DNA of 64,000 bases from an uncultured Chloroflexia bacterium (lineage in GTDB: Bacteria > Chloroflexota > Limnocylindria > Limnocylindrales > CSP1-4). The notes below the pieces were generated by a model. The model saw only the letters and a list, made by a program, of their open reading frames with translations, was not told the origin of the DNA and did no database searches. Position 1 is the first letter of the stretch. Every line of letters starts with the position of its first letter. The stretch is taken from NCBI GenBank assembly GCA_963828165.1, contig CAWHDR010000001.1:2048001-2112000 (forward strand), read 5' to 3'. The position numbers were made by a program, and so were the translations under genes. Below are positions 12,048 to 21,262 of the stretch, in pieces.

Positions 12048-12596
12048 ATGATCCAGGTCGATGCCTATACCGTCGGGGGGATGGCCCACGGCACGCTCAC
12101 GCGTGCCGGGCATCTGCGCGAGATCCTCGAGGAGACCGGCGAGCTCGCCCTGCAGAGCGTCCGCTGGTTGCCGCTCGGCGCGTCGGAGGCCCAGGCCGCC
12201 GGCGACCTGACGATCGCCATCGACGACGTCCTCGTGGCTGTCACGAACGACGAATCGACCATCCCGGTCCACGCCAGCTGGCACGCGCTCAGGATCGAAG
12301 TCGGCCCGTATGTCCTGGAAGGTGAGCTGCCGACGCTCCCCGGCTACGACCCCGACCGTGCCCTCGCGCGACCGAACGGCGAGTTCGTGCTCATCCGCGA
12401 ACCGCGCCTTGGTCGGGTGGGTGGCCCCCTCGGGCCGATCGGCCAGGAAGCGCTCGTGAACCGCTACAGCGTCGAGCGGGTCGAGGCGGACATCATGCTC
12501 GGGTTCTTCTTCCCGGGAGCTGCGATGCCCGCCACCAGCGAGACCGACGCGATCGAACGGCGACCGGCCCCGACCCCGGAGACGAGCGCGCCCTGA
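12048..12596 (+). CDS. Hypothetical protein (two similar beta-rich halves, DUF6812-like)
   Basis: GGGGA RBS then ATG; coding-like codon use; internal two-fold similarity seen by eye. Confidence 0.7.
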   Translation: MIQVDAYTVGGMAHGTLTRAGHLREILEETGELALQSVRWLPLGASEAQAAGDLTIAIDDVLVAVTNDESTIPVHASWHALRIEVGPYVLEGELPTLPGYDPDRALARPNGEFVLIREPRLGRVGGPLGPIGQEALVNRYSVERVEADIMLGFFFPGAAMPATSETDAIERRPAPTPETSAP

Positions 12597-12618
12597 CCCA
12601 CCGCCAAGGCGGCGTTTC

Positions 12619-13884
12619 CTAGCGTGAGCCGCCGGTGCCGGCCCCCGTGCGTCGGCGCACGGGCTTGCGATGCGCGTGGTGCTCTTGCGTCACGCGGGCA
12701 TGGCCGCTGCGCATGCCAAGGGGCCGTGGCTCCGTATCGCGATCCGGCACGAAGCCCTCGGCCACGGTCCACGGGATCGCATGCTTGAGCATCCGCTGCA
12801 CGCCGCGGAGCAGGTCGACCTCATCGATGCACACCAGGCTGATCGCCTCGCCCAGGGCGCCCGCGCGGCCGGTCCGGCCGATGCGGTGGATGTAGTCCTG
12901 CGGGTTCCAGGGCAGCTCGAAATTCACGACGACCGGCAGGTCCTCGATATCGAGGCCACGGGCGGCGACGTCCGTCGCGACGAGCACCCGGATGGCCCCG
13001 GTCTTGAAGCCTTCGAGCGCACGGGTCCGCTCCGGCTGCGACCGGTCGCTGTGGATGGCGACGGCGTCGATGCCTTCCCGGTCCAGGCGCGTCGCGAGCC
13101 GGGAGGCAGCGAGCTTCGTGCGGGTGAAGACCAGGACCTGGTGCAGGTCGCCTGACCGGATGAGATGGGCGAGGAGCGCCTCCTTGCGGTCGCGGTCCAC
13201 CGGATAGACGAGCTGGCGGATGCCCTCGACCGTGGTGTTGCGCGGCGCCACCTCGACCGTCTCGGGGTCGCGCAGGATCGTCCCGGACAGGCGCCGGATG
13301 TCGTCGGAGAAGGTCGCTGAGAACATGAGGTTCTGGCGACGCTTCGGGAGGAGCTCGATGATGCGCTGGATGTCCGGCAGGAAGCCCATGTCGAGCATCC
13401 GGTCGGCCTCGTCGAGGACCAGGATCTCGACCTGACCGAGGTTCGCGACCTTCTGTCCCACGAGGTCGAGCAGGCGACCCGGGGTCGCGACGAGGATCTC
13501 GACCCCCGCGCGCAGGGCCTTGATCTGCGGGTCCATGGGGATGCCGCCGTACACGACGGTCGAACGCAACGGCACGGTCCGGCCGTAGGTCCGGACGCTC
13601 TCATCGACCTGCATCGCGAGCTCGCGGGTCGGCACGAGGATGAGCGAGCGAACCGGGTGACGGGCCGGCGAGAACGACGTATTGGCCTGCGGCCGGAGTC
13701 GATCAAGGATCGGCAGCGTGAACGCCGCGGTCTTGCCGGTACCGGTCTGGGCCGCCGCGAGGACGTCACGGCCGGCGAGTACGAGGGGGATGGCGGCCGC
13801 CTGCACCGGTGTGGGTGTGGTGTAGCCCTCTTCGGTGACGGTCTTGAGTAGATCGGCCGACAGGCCGAGTGAGTCGAAGGTCAA
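12619..13884 (-). CDS. DEAD-box RNA helicase (RhlE-like)
   Basis: AQTGTGKT, PTRELA, TPGRL, DEAD, SAT, ARGLD, HRIGRTGR; TTG start with GGAG RBS. Confidence 0.95.
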   Translation of the reverse strand: MTFDSLGLSADLLKTVTEEGYTTPTPVQAAAIPLVLAGRDVLAAAQTGTGKTAAFTLPILDRLRPQANTSFSPARHPVRSLILVPTRELAMQVDESVRTYGRTVPLRSTVVYGGIPMDPQIKALRAGVEILVATPGRLLDLVGQKVANLGQVEILVLDEADRMLDMGFLPDIQRIIELLPKRRQNLMFSATFSDDIRRLSGTILRDPETVEVAPRNTTVEGIRQLVYPVDRDRKEALLAHLIRSGDLHQVLVFTRTKLAASRLATRLDREGIDAVAIHSDRSQPERTRALEGFKTGAIRVLVATDVAARGLDIEDLPVVVNFELPWNPQDYIHRIGRTGRAGALGEAISLVCIDEVDLLRGVQRMLKHAIPWTVAEGFVPDRDTEPRPLGMRSGHARVTQEHHAHRKPVRRRTGAGTGGSR

Positions 13885-14372
13885 GCGTGGCTCCTGCAGG
13901 GACCCTGGCCGTCGCGGGCGGGACTCCGCGGGAGCGCGACGGTGGCGTGGGACGGCGCGCCAGAACGCGGCCGCACGTGGCCCGCCCGGAGCATAGCCGA
14001 AATCGGTCGCATCGGGACTTCCCGGCTGTTGAAAAGCGGCCCGGTGCGCACCGGTACGACTGGTGCAATGACGGGGGCTTGCTTGCACTGGCATACTTTG
14101 GTCGCAGCCCCCCAGGCTTGCAGACACCAGACAGACAGGCATCAACCAAAGACTCGCCGCCCCAACGGCAGGACCCTGTCGATCACGTCGGGTGCTCTTC
14201 ACTCGACGGCCCGGTTCGGCTCACCCGGACCGGCTCAACCCTTCGCTCGCGCTCAGCGCGATCGATGGGCGTCCGTCGCTCGCGCGCTCGCGAACTTCCT
14301 GCCACACGGCGGCACCACCCCACCGTCACCGCGTCCCCCCACGCGGTGTTCTGGAAGAAGGAGGCAGGAATC

Positions 14373-15221
14373 TTGCTGGTACCCACGAACGTCGCCCAGA
14401 GGGCGGCCAGCCACCGGTCACTTCGCCTGACCGCATTCGCTCTGACGGCCGCGCTGGTCGTGAGCCTCGGAGCGATGGCGAACCCCCAGGAAACCAACGC
14501 TCGAGCCCTCAAGGTCGTCGTGGTCGTCGGACCGGTCGGGTCGAAGACCTCGGAGTACAAGTCCAGCGGCAAGTACTACGCCAAGCTGGCGCGCTCGTAC
14601 GGAGCGTCGGTCACGGAGATCTACAGCCCCTACGCGACATGGTCCAAGGTCAAGGCTGCCGCCCAGGGCGCCAATCTGCTGATCTACCTCGGCCATGGCA
14701 ACGGCTATCCCAGTCCCTACGGCTCGTTCCAGCGCTACACCAAGGACGGGATGGGGCTCAACGCCTCGTACGGCAACGGCAACTCGAACGTCAAGTACTG
14801 GGGCGAGTACTACATCGACCGGGACATCCAGATGGCGAAGAACGCCGTCGTCATCCTGAACCGCCTGTGCTATGCGTCGGGCAATTCGGAGTGGGGTTCC
14901 GCGAATCCGACGAAGTCGACCGCGATCAAGCGGGTCGACAATTACGGCGCCGGGTTCCTGCGGGCGGGTGCGAAGGCCGTGTTCGCGGAAGCGATCACGA
15001 GCGCGTCGTACACGATCCGCGCGCTCTTCAAGTCGTCGAGGACGATGAACTCGATCCTCATGACCCACCCCTCGGCGAGTGACGCGCGAGACTTCTACGT
15101 CAACTCGGCCCGAACCAGCGGCATGCGGGCGCACCTCGATCCGCCCCAGGCCGGCAAGTACTGGCGGTCCCTCATCGGCAACCTGGCGTTGACCGCCACG
15201 CAGTGGCGCGCCGGCGGCTGA
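14373..15221 (+). CDS. Secreted protein with clan CD-like His/Cys peptidase motif
   Basis: AAGGAGG RBS, TTG start, signal peptide, LIYLGHG ... ILNRLCYA. Confidence 0.7.
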   Translation: MLVPTNVAQRAASHRSLRLTAFALTAALVVSLGAMANPQETNARALKVVVVVGPVGSKTSEYKSSGKYYAKLARSYGASVTEIYSPYATWSKVKAAAQGANLLIYLGHGNGYPSPYGSFQRYTKDGMGLNASYGNGNSNVKYWGEYYIDRDIQMAKNAVVILNRLCYASGNSEWGSANPTKSTAIKRVDNYGAGFLRAGAKAVFAEAITSASYTIRALFKSSRTMNSILMTHPSASDARDFYVNSARTSGMRAHLDPPQAGKYWRSLIGNLALTATQWRAGG

Positions 15222-15243
15222 GGCCTCCGCTCCGGCGAACCTT

Positions 15244-15270
15244 CGAGGCCCGGCGTCGAGCCGGGCCTCG
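15244..15270. terminator. Stem-loop after the secreted protein gene
   Basis: CGAGGCCCGGC/GCCGGGCCTCG perfect 11-bp stem, no U-tract. Confidence 0.4.
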
Positions 15271-15300
15271 GCACGTCCGGGAGGCCGTACCATGCTGGCC

Positions 15301-15873
15301 ATGACTGTCACGACCGACCGACTGCCCTTCACCGGTGACGACGCCGCCGATCGATTGCTCGTCTCGGATCCCCTCGCGATGCTGATCGGGTTCGCCCTCG
15401 ACCAGCAGGTCACGGTCCAGAAGGCCTTCAGTGGCCCGCTCGAGCTGGAGCGCAGGATCGGCCACCTGGATGCCGCGAAGCTCGCGGCGACCGACCCCGC
15501 GGAGCTTGACGCGGTGTTCCGCAAGCCGCCCGCCCTGCATCGGTTCCCCGGATCCATGGCCGGCAAGGTCCAGCAGCTCGCTGCCGCGATCGCCACCGAC
15601 TACGGCAACGACGCGGCCCGCATCTGGACGGAAGCGAGCGATGGCCCCGACCTCAAGCGCCGCCTGCTGGCCTTGCCCGGTATCGGCGAGATGAAAGCCG
15701 CCGCGATCATCGCGATCCTGGGCAAGCGCCTCGACCTGGACCTGCCGGGTCTCGACGCCGTGATGCCGGCGCACCCAACCCTCGGAGATGTCGATTCAGC
15801 CGAGGCGCTGGCGTCCTACCAGGCCGGCAAGCGGGCCATGAAAGCGGAGAAGCGCGCGGCCGCAAAGGGCTGA
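15301..15873 (+). CDS. HhH-GPD-type base excision repair family protein
   Basis: LDQQVTVQKAFSGP, HRFPGSMA, HhH LALPGIGEMKA; probably leaderless (TACCAT upstream). Confidence 0.88.
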   Translation: MTVTTDRLPFTGDDAADRLLVSDPLAMLIGFALDQQVTVQKAFSGPLELERRIGHLDAAKLAATDPAELDAVFRKPPALHRFPGSMAGKVQQLAAAIATDYGNDAARIWTEASDGPDLKRRLLALPGIGEMKAAAIIAILGKRLDLDLPGLDAVMPAHPTLGDVDSAEALASYQAGKRAMKAEKRAAAKG

Positions 15874-15914
15874 CCCTCGAGCGCGGCCGGGCAGGGCGAC
15901 TTGGCCGCCCCGGA

Positions 15915-15948
15915 CACGAAACGACCCCGGCTGCTGGGCCGGGGTCGT
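15915..15948 (-). terminator. Intrinsic terminator after the 54-aa ORF
   Basis: ACGACCCCGGC/GCCGGGGTCGT stem followed by TTCGTG on the minus strand. Confidence 0.6.
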
Positions 15949-15962
15949 CCGTCTGCGCGGGG

Positions 15963-16127
15963 TTATCGAGGTTGCCCTGTCGGTACGAGCCAGGGACGGC
16001 TGTCGCGGTCGTCGATGCCGGGGCGGGAGTCGACGCCGAAGCGGAACGCCGCCGCCGCGAACGCGGCGATCGGGAAGATGAAGCTGGCGGCCACAGCGAG
16101 GGCGGCCACGACCTGATCGAACGTCAT
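15963..16127 (-). CDS. Small single-TM protein (54 aa) divergent from MocR regulator
   Basis: MTFDQVVAALAVAASFIFPIAAFAAAAFRFGVDSRPG...; AAAGGAAAGGG RBS; own terminator. Confidence 0.7.
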   Translation of the reverse strand: MTFDQVVAALAVAASFIFPIAAFAAAAFRFGVDSRPGIDDRDSRPWLVPTGQPR

Positions 16128-16149
16128 GTCTTTCGCCCTTTCCTTTCCG

Positions 16150-16257
16150 GTCCAATGTCGTGGAATCTGACTGATGGCTTGACATTGGACTGTTGCTCCG
16201 TGCATCATGACGCGCATGAGCGACCAGTCCAATAGCCAATCCGATGTAAGTGGACTG
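16150..16257. promoter_or_regulatory. Probable MocR operator boxes and promoter
   Basis: GTCCAATGTC (16150) / GACATTGGAC (16181) inverted repeat, further CAGTCCAAT, AGCCAAT and TGGACTG copies; TTGACA-N18-CATCAT ahead of ATG 16216. Confidence 0.6.
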
Positions 16258-17772
16258 AAAAGGCAATCGATGGTCTCTGCGGCGGCCCTCGTTGAGCTCA
16301 TCGGTCCGTGGGCCGATGGCGCCGACCCGCTGAACGAGCAATTGGCGGCGGCCCTGGCCCGGGCCATCGACCTCGGTCTGCTGCCACCGGGCGCGCGCCT
16401 CCCGGCGGAGCGCGAGCTCGCGCGCGAACTCGCCCTGAGTCGGACCACGATCGTCGCCGCGTACGACCGCCTGCGCTTGGCCGGGCTGGCGCGAAGCCGC
16501 CAGGGGAGCGGCACGAGGGTCGCGGCGCGACGACCCGGTCTGACCCAGCCGTACCTCGCGTCCATCGAGTCGATGGATTCGGACGCCGTACGAATGCCAG
16601 CCACTACCACGGCCGCCACCGCAGCCGCGGTCGGCCTGCTGACCCCGCTCGTCGACGACGCCATCGAGCTCACGATCGGCGCGCTTCCGGCCGGATCGAT
16701 CGTGGCGGATGCGATGGCTGCGGCAGTACGTGACGATCTCCCGAACCTGCTCCGCGACAGCGGCTACGACCCGTTCGGCCTGCCGGCGCTGCGCGGGCAG
16801 ATCGCCGCATACCTGACCCGCCTCGGCGTGAACACGGATCCCGACCAGGTCCTCGTCACGAGCGGCGCGCAGCAGGCGCTCCATCTCATCGGATCGCAGC
16901 TCGGCGGACCCGGGAGCTCCATCGTCATGGAGAACCCCACCTACATCGGGGCCATCGATGCATTCCGAACCACGGGCAATCGGCTCGTCCCGATCCCGGT
17001 CGACGACCACGGCGCCCGGGTCGAGGTCATCGGGCTGCTCGGGTCGAGCGCGCCAGTCCGCCTCGTCTATGTGATCCCCACGTTCCAGAACCCGACCGGT
17101 GCGGTGATGCCGGAATCGCGCCGTCGCGAGCTCGCGCGGATGGCGTCCGAATCCGGTTTCCAGATCGTCGAGGACCTCACGCCCGACCTGACCCTCGGGG
17201 TCGACAGCCCCCCACCGATCGCTGCATTCGACGCAGGCGACCGGGTCATCACCGTCGGCTCGCTGAGCAAGCTCGCCTGGGGCGGGCTGCGCGTCGGTTG
17301 GGTGCGGGCGTCGCGGGAGGTCATCGATCGGCTTGTCGCCGGCAAGATCGTCGCGGACCATTCCTCGAGCCTCGTCACGCAGGCGATCGGTGCGCGCGTG
17401 TTCGATCGGCTCGACGATGTCGCGGCCCGCAGTCGCCAGGCCGCCGCGGAACGACGATCCGTGTTGATGGAGGCGCTCGCGACGCGCCTGCCCGAGTGGT
17501 CCTGGACCGAGCCCAAAGGCGGGCTCTCCCTGTGGGTTCGCCTGCCGGGGACCGACGCGGTGGCGTTCAGCCGCCTCGCTGCGACCCTCGGTGTCGTGGT
17601 GCGGCCCGGTCCGCTCGCCTCCCCGGACGGTGGCTTCCGCGACCACGTCCGGATCGCCTACGGCTCGGAGCCGGACCGGCTGGTCGACGGCGTGGAGCGC
17701 TTGGCCGCCGCATGGGCGGCCTACACCCCGGCCATTCGTTCGAGCCGCCCGTCGCTGGCCGTCAGCGTCTGA
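16216..17772 (+). CDS. MocR/GntR family regulator with PLP aminotransferase domain
   Basis: LPAERELA...SRTTIVAAY wHTH; VTSGAQQAL, FQNPTG, SLSK...GLRVGW. Alternative start 16270. Confidence 0.93.
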   Translation: MSDQSNSQSDVSGLKRQSMVSAAALVELIGPWADGADPLNEQLAAALARAIDLGLLPPGARLPAERELARELALSRTTIVAAYDRLRLAGLARSRQGSGTRVAARRPGLTQPYLASIESMDSDAVRMPATTTAATAAAVGLLTPLVDDAIELTIGALPAGSIVADAMAAAVRDDLPNLLRDSGYDPFGLPALRGQIAAYLTRLGVNTDPDQVLVTSGAQQALHLIGSQLGGPGSSIVMENPTYIGAIDAFRTTGNRLVPIPVDDHGARVEVIGLLGSSAPVRLVYVIPTFQNPTGAVMPESRRRELARMASESGFQIVEDLTPDLTLGVDSPPPIAAFDAGDRVITVGSLSKLAWGGLRVGWVRASREVIDRLVAGKIVADHSSSLVTQAIGARVFDRLDDVAARSRQAAAERRSVLMEALATRLPEWSWTEPKGGLSLWVRLPGTDAVAFSRLAATLGVVVRPGPLASPDGGFRDHVRIAYGSEPDRLVDGVERLAAAWAAYTPAIRSSRPSLAVSV

Positions 17773-17836
17773 CGAACGAACCGACGTTCGTTCGCGTCCC
17801 GGCCGGATCCCGCCGACCGGGCTAGACTTCCCGGCA

Positions 17837-18451
17837 GTGGCCGACCTCCCCGCAGGCTCACCGCAGCCCCCTCGCCCCAGCGCCCGATCGGCGCGTCGCC
17901 CGCGCTTCGTCCTGCCCGATGATCACATCGATGAACGGGCCGGCGAACGCATCGAGGCGTTCCTCGAGGGCCCGCCGGTCCGCGCCCGGCGCACTCGTCG
18001 GTCGCGGCATCTGCGGTCCGAAGGTCTGCGCCCGGTCCGCCGGGTCGTGCCCATGGACACCCGGACTGACTGGGATATCGCCCTGCGCCACGAGGACGCC
18101 CGCGTCGCGCGCTACGGACGGCCGGCGGCGATCATGGCCATCCGGCTCCGGATGCTCACGGCGGGCGCCGTCGACCACTATGCGGCGCGCATCGGTGGCG
18201 CCATCCGGCATCAGGCTCGCGAGACGGACCGGGTGACCCGCTTCGGTCCGGACCGCTTCCACGTCCTGTTGCCCGAAACCCTCGAGGCCGAGGCGTCGGT
18301 CCTCGCGGAGCGCGTCCGCGCGGCCTGCGTCGCCGTGATCCCGGGCGCCCAGGGGTCAGAGGTGGAAGTCATGGTCGCCGCGGCCGGGACGTCCGGTGGC
18401 GGCTCGCTCCTCGAGGCCATGCGGTCGGTCAAGGCCCGCCTGGAGAGCTAG
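17837..18451 (+). CDS. Degenerate GGDEF-like domain protein
   Basis: EDARVARYGRP, RETDRVTRFGPDRFHVLLPET, AERVR; GGDEF replaced by GPDRF. Confidence 0.7.
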   Translation: MADLPAGSPQPPRPSARSARRPRFVLPDDHIDERAGERIEAFLEGPPVRARRTRRSRHLRSEGLRPVRRVVPMDTRTDWDIALRHEDARVARYGRPAAIMAIRLRMLTAGAVDHYAARIGGAIRHQARETDRVTRFGPDRFHVLLPETLEAEASVLAERVRAACVAVIPGAQGSEVEVMVAAAGTSGGGSLLEAMRSVKARLES

Positions 18452-18837
18452 CGGACCAACGTCTCGAAGAGGTGCTCGAGCTCGGCCGCGGGATCGTCGG
18501 TCAGCCCCGTGTGGACATCCGACGGCTGGATGATCGTGCTGGCCGGCGACACGAGCCAGTGGAAGCGCTCGGCGATCGACAGGCGAGCGATCGGCCCGCC
18601 ATCCGGCTCGCCCCGCGCGACGCGTTCGATCGCCGCGAGATGAGGACGGACCGACACTGGATCGGTGTCGGGCGCCAGCGCCGCGAGACGGCGCTCGTCG
18701 AGCTCGGTGCGCGCGCCGATGTACGACTTCGATCGGCACAGCAGCACGACGCCGGCGTTGAGGCACTCCCCGCGCTCCACGCGCGGGACGACGCGGATGA
18801 TCGCGTACTGGTAGGGACTACGCGGCTCGTCGGGCAC
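18448..18837 (-). CDS. DUF3037 domain protein
   Basis: YAIIRVVPRVERGECLNAGV, ERFHWLVSP.S.IIQ.S.VH.GL. Confidence 0.9.
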   Translation of the reverse strand: MPDEPRSPYQYAIIRVVPRVERGECLNAGVVLLCRSKSYIGARTELDERRLAALAPDTDPVSVRPHLAAIERVARGEPDGGPIARLSIAERFHWLVSPASTIIQPSDVHTGLTDDPAAELEHLFETLVR

Positions 18838-19603
18838 GTTCGGCCTCCTCCACGAACGGACGTCGTCCGGCTAGCCGCCGTTCGAGATAGCGAACGTACG
18901 CGGCTCGCTGGCCGTCGGCGTCGCCGGCGGTCGGATCGTCGGGCAGCCACAGGTCGGGGATGGCGGCGGCCAGCCGCTGGAACAGGCCCCGGTCGAGCGT
19001 CTGCGCCAGGCGGGCGTCCGCTTCGTCGATCGGGCCCGCGAACGGCAGCAGCACATGATCGCGCGTGCGCTCGAACGGCCGCTCCGCGTGCGCGTCGGGG
19101 TCGCGCCAGGTGTGGTGGACGTAGAGGGCCGCCCCGTGGTCGATCAACCAGGTCCGGCCGTGCCAGATGAGCAGATTGGGATTGCCCGCGGTCCGGTCGG
19201 GGTTGGTGGTGAACGCATCGAGCCACACGATCGCCGCAGCGGCCTCGGGATCGACGACGGGTGAGGCCCCTGGGTTGAACGTCAGGGCGCCGGGCAGGAA
19301 GTCGATGCCCAGGTTCAGGCCGCCGCTGCGCCGGACGAGCTCCTGCAGCTCCTCGTCGGGCTCGGCGTCCCCGAGGCTGCCGTCCACGTCGATCGTGACG
19401 ATCTCGGGCACCGGAAGCCCGAGCGCCCGACCGATCTCGCCGGCAAGCCATTCGGCCACGAGCGCGCGCGGACCCTGCCCGGCGGCCCGGAATTTCACCA
19501 CGTACAGGCCATCGTCATCCGCCTCGACGAGCCCCGGCAGCGACCCGCCCTCGCGCAGGGGCGTGACATAGCGGGTGGCGGTCACGTGGCGCGGTTCGGG
19601 CAT
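18818..19603 (-). CDS. HipA-like kinase
   Basis: REGGSLP, YVVKF, NPDRT.GNPNLL, LIDHG; overlaps the DUF3037 gene. Confidence 0.88.
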   Translation of the reverse strand: MPEPRHVTATRYVTPLREGGSLPGLVEADDDGLYVVKFRAAGQGPRALVAEWLAGEIGRALGLPVPEIVTIDVDGSLGDAEPDEELQELVRRSGGLNLGIDFLPGALTFNPGASPVVDPEAAAAIVWLDAFTTNPDRTAGNPNLLIWHGRTWLIDHGAALYVHHTWRDPDAHAERPFERTRDHVLLPFAGPIDEADARLAQTLDRGLFQRLAAAIPDLWLPDDPTAGDADGQRAAYVRYLERRLAGRRPFVEEAERARRAA

Positions 19604-19758
19604 CGCGCCGGAGTCTAGCGCCCCACGACGCGTGCAGGTTCGCAACGGTCTCCCGGGGCATTGTGAGGTCAGCGACTATGCTTGGTCGTACCCTTAGGGC
19701 CAACAGTCGTCGCTTCGAGCCTTGGCACTGGCCGAGCACCATCGACCAGGAGACCGCC

Positions 19759-20736
19759 ATGACCGCAACCGTCCGCCGGCTCGAGCCCGGCCAGGAATTC
19801 GATGCCGGCGAGGCGCTCGCCAACGATCAGGCGCTGCTGGTCGAGCTGGAGCCCGAGGCAGGCCGGCTGTACGACCGCCATGCCAAGGTCGCCCAGGAGT
19901 GGTTCCCCCACGATTACATCCCGTACCGGCTCGGGCGCGATTTCGACAAGGAGCCCTGGACGCCCGACCAGCCGCGGCTCACGGGCGTGGCCCAGACCGC
20001 GTTCGAGATCGGCCTGCTGACCGAGGACAACCTGCCCTCGTATCACCGGCTCATCCACGGGATGTTCGGCCGGGGCGATGGCGCCTGGATCAACTGGGTC
20101 GGGCGCTGGACGGCTGAGGAGGGACGCCACGCGATCGTCCTGCGTGACTACCTCACGGTCACCCGCAACATCGACCCGATCATGCTCGAGCGCGGTCGAA
20201 TGACCCAGCTTCAGCAAGGCTACGACCATGCCTCCCCGACGACCCTGCGCGGTCTCGCGTACGTTGCCTTCCAGGAGCTCGCGACGCGGATCGCCCATCG
20301 CAACACCGGGCGCTACTCGGACGATCCCGTGGCGGACAAGATCATGGTCCGGATCGCCGCGGACGAGAACCTGCACATGGTGTTCTACCGCGACATCCTC
20401 GCGGCCGCGCTGAAGCTGCAGCCCTCCGCGGCGGTCCGCGCCATCGTCGACGAGGTCCTGGCCTTCGAGATGCCGGGGGCCGGGATCCCAGGGTTCATCC
20501 GCAAGGCGGCGCAGATCGCGAAGGCCGGGATCTACGACCTGCGGGTCCATCACGACGAGGTCCTGATGCCGATCCTGCGCCACTGGCGCATCTTCGAGCT
20601 CGAAGGGCTCGACGCCGCCGCCGAGGATGCTCGCCGGCGACTAGCCGAGCACCTCGCGGCGCTCGATGCGGCCGCGACGCGGTTCGAGGAGAAGGTCGCC
20701 AACTCGAGCTTCCCGCGGATCGCCTCCACAGGCTAG
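19759..20736 (+). CDS. Soluble acyl-ACP desaturase (DesA-like, di-iron)
   Basis: LLTEDNLPSYH, WTAEEGRH, FQELAT, DENLH; AGGAG RBS. Confidence 0.92.
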   Translation: MTATVRRLEPGQEFDAGEALANDQALLVELEPEAGRLYDRHAKVAQEWFPHDYIPYRLGRDFDKEPWTPDQPRLTGVAQTAFEIGLLTEDNLPSYHRLIHGMFGRGDGAWINWVGRWTAEEGRHAIVLRDYLTVTRNIDPIMLERGRMTQLQQGYDHASPTTLRGLAYVAFQELATRIAHRNTGRYSDDPVADKIMVRIAADENLHMVFYRDILAAALKLQPSAAVRAIVDEVLAFEMPGAGIPGFIRKAAQIAKAGIYDLRVHHDEVLMPILRHWRIFELEGLDAAAEDARRRLAEHLAALDAAATRFEEKVANSSFPRIASTG

Positions 20737-20758
20737 CTTCCCACCCGCGTACCGCGCC

Positions 20759-21262
20759 TCAGAGCTCGGTCTGGAGCACCTGCCAGACGGCCCCGATGGC
20801 CGTCACGATGAGCCACAGGACGCCGACCACGAGCAGCGCCAAGCCGACGAAGAATGCCCCCTCGCCCCGGGTCGAGGCCTCCGGCTCGAGCGCATGGCGG
20901 CGGAACAGTGCCAGGTTGCGGGAATTGGAGCGGAACGCGAAGTCGTACAGGTCGCCCAGGAAGGGGATCGCGCCGATCGCCAGGTCGACGAGCAGGTTCA
21001 CGACCATCCTGGCGAGGACGATCCGGGGGATGCCGAAGCGCGCCGCCTCGGCGATGACCCACGCCCCGACGATCCCCGAGATGACGTCGCCGACCACCGG
21101 GACGAGACCGACGATCGGATCGAGTCCGACCCTGACGGAAGTTCCCGGGATCCCGACGAGCTCGTCGAGGGCGTGCGTGACCCGTTCGATCCGCCGCTCG
21201 GCCGCGTGGAAACGATCGCGGCGGCTGGCACCGATGACCTCGCCGTTGATCGAACCCTGCAT
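20759..21262 (-). CDS. DUF4112 membrane protein
   Basis: GLDPIVGLVPVVGD, GAIPFLGDLYDFAFRSN.RN. Confidence 0.88.
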   Translation of the reverse strand: MQGSINGEVIGASRRDRFHAAERRIERVTHALDELVGIPGTSVRVGLDPIVGLVPVVGDVISGIVGAWVIAEAARFGIPRIVLARMVVNLLVDLAIGAIPFLGDLYDFAFRSNSRNLALFRRHALEPEASTRGEGAFFVGLALLVVGVLWLIVTAIGAVWQVLQTEL

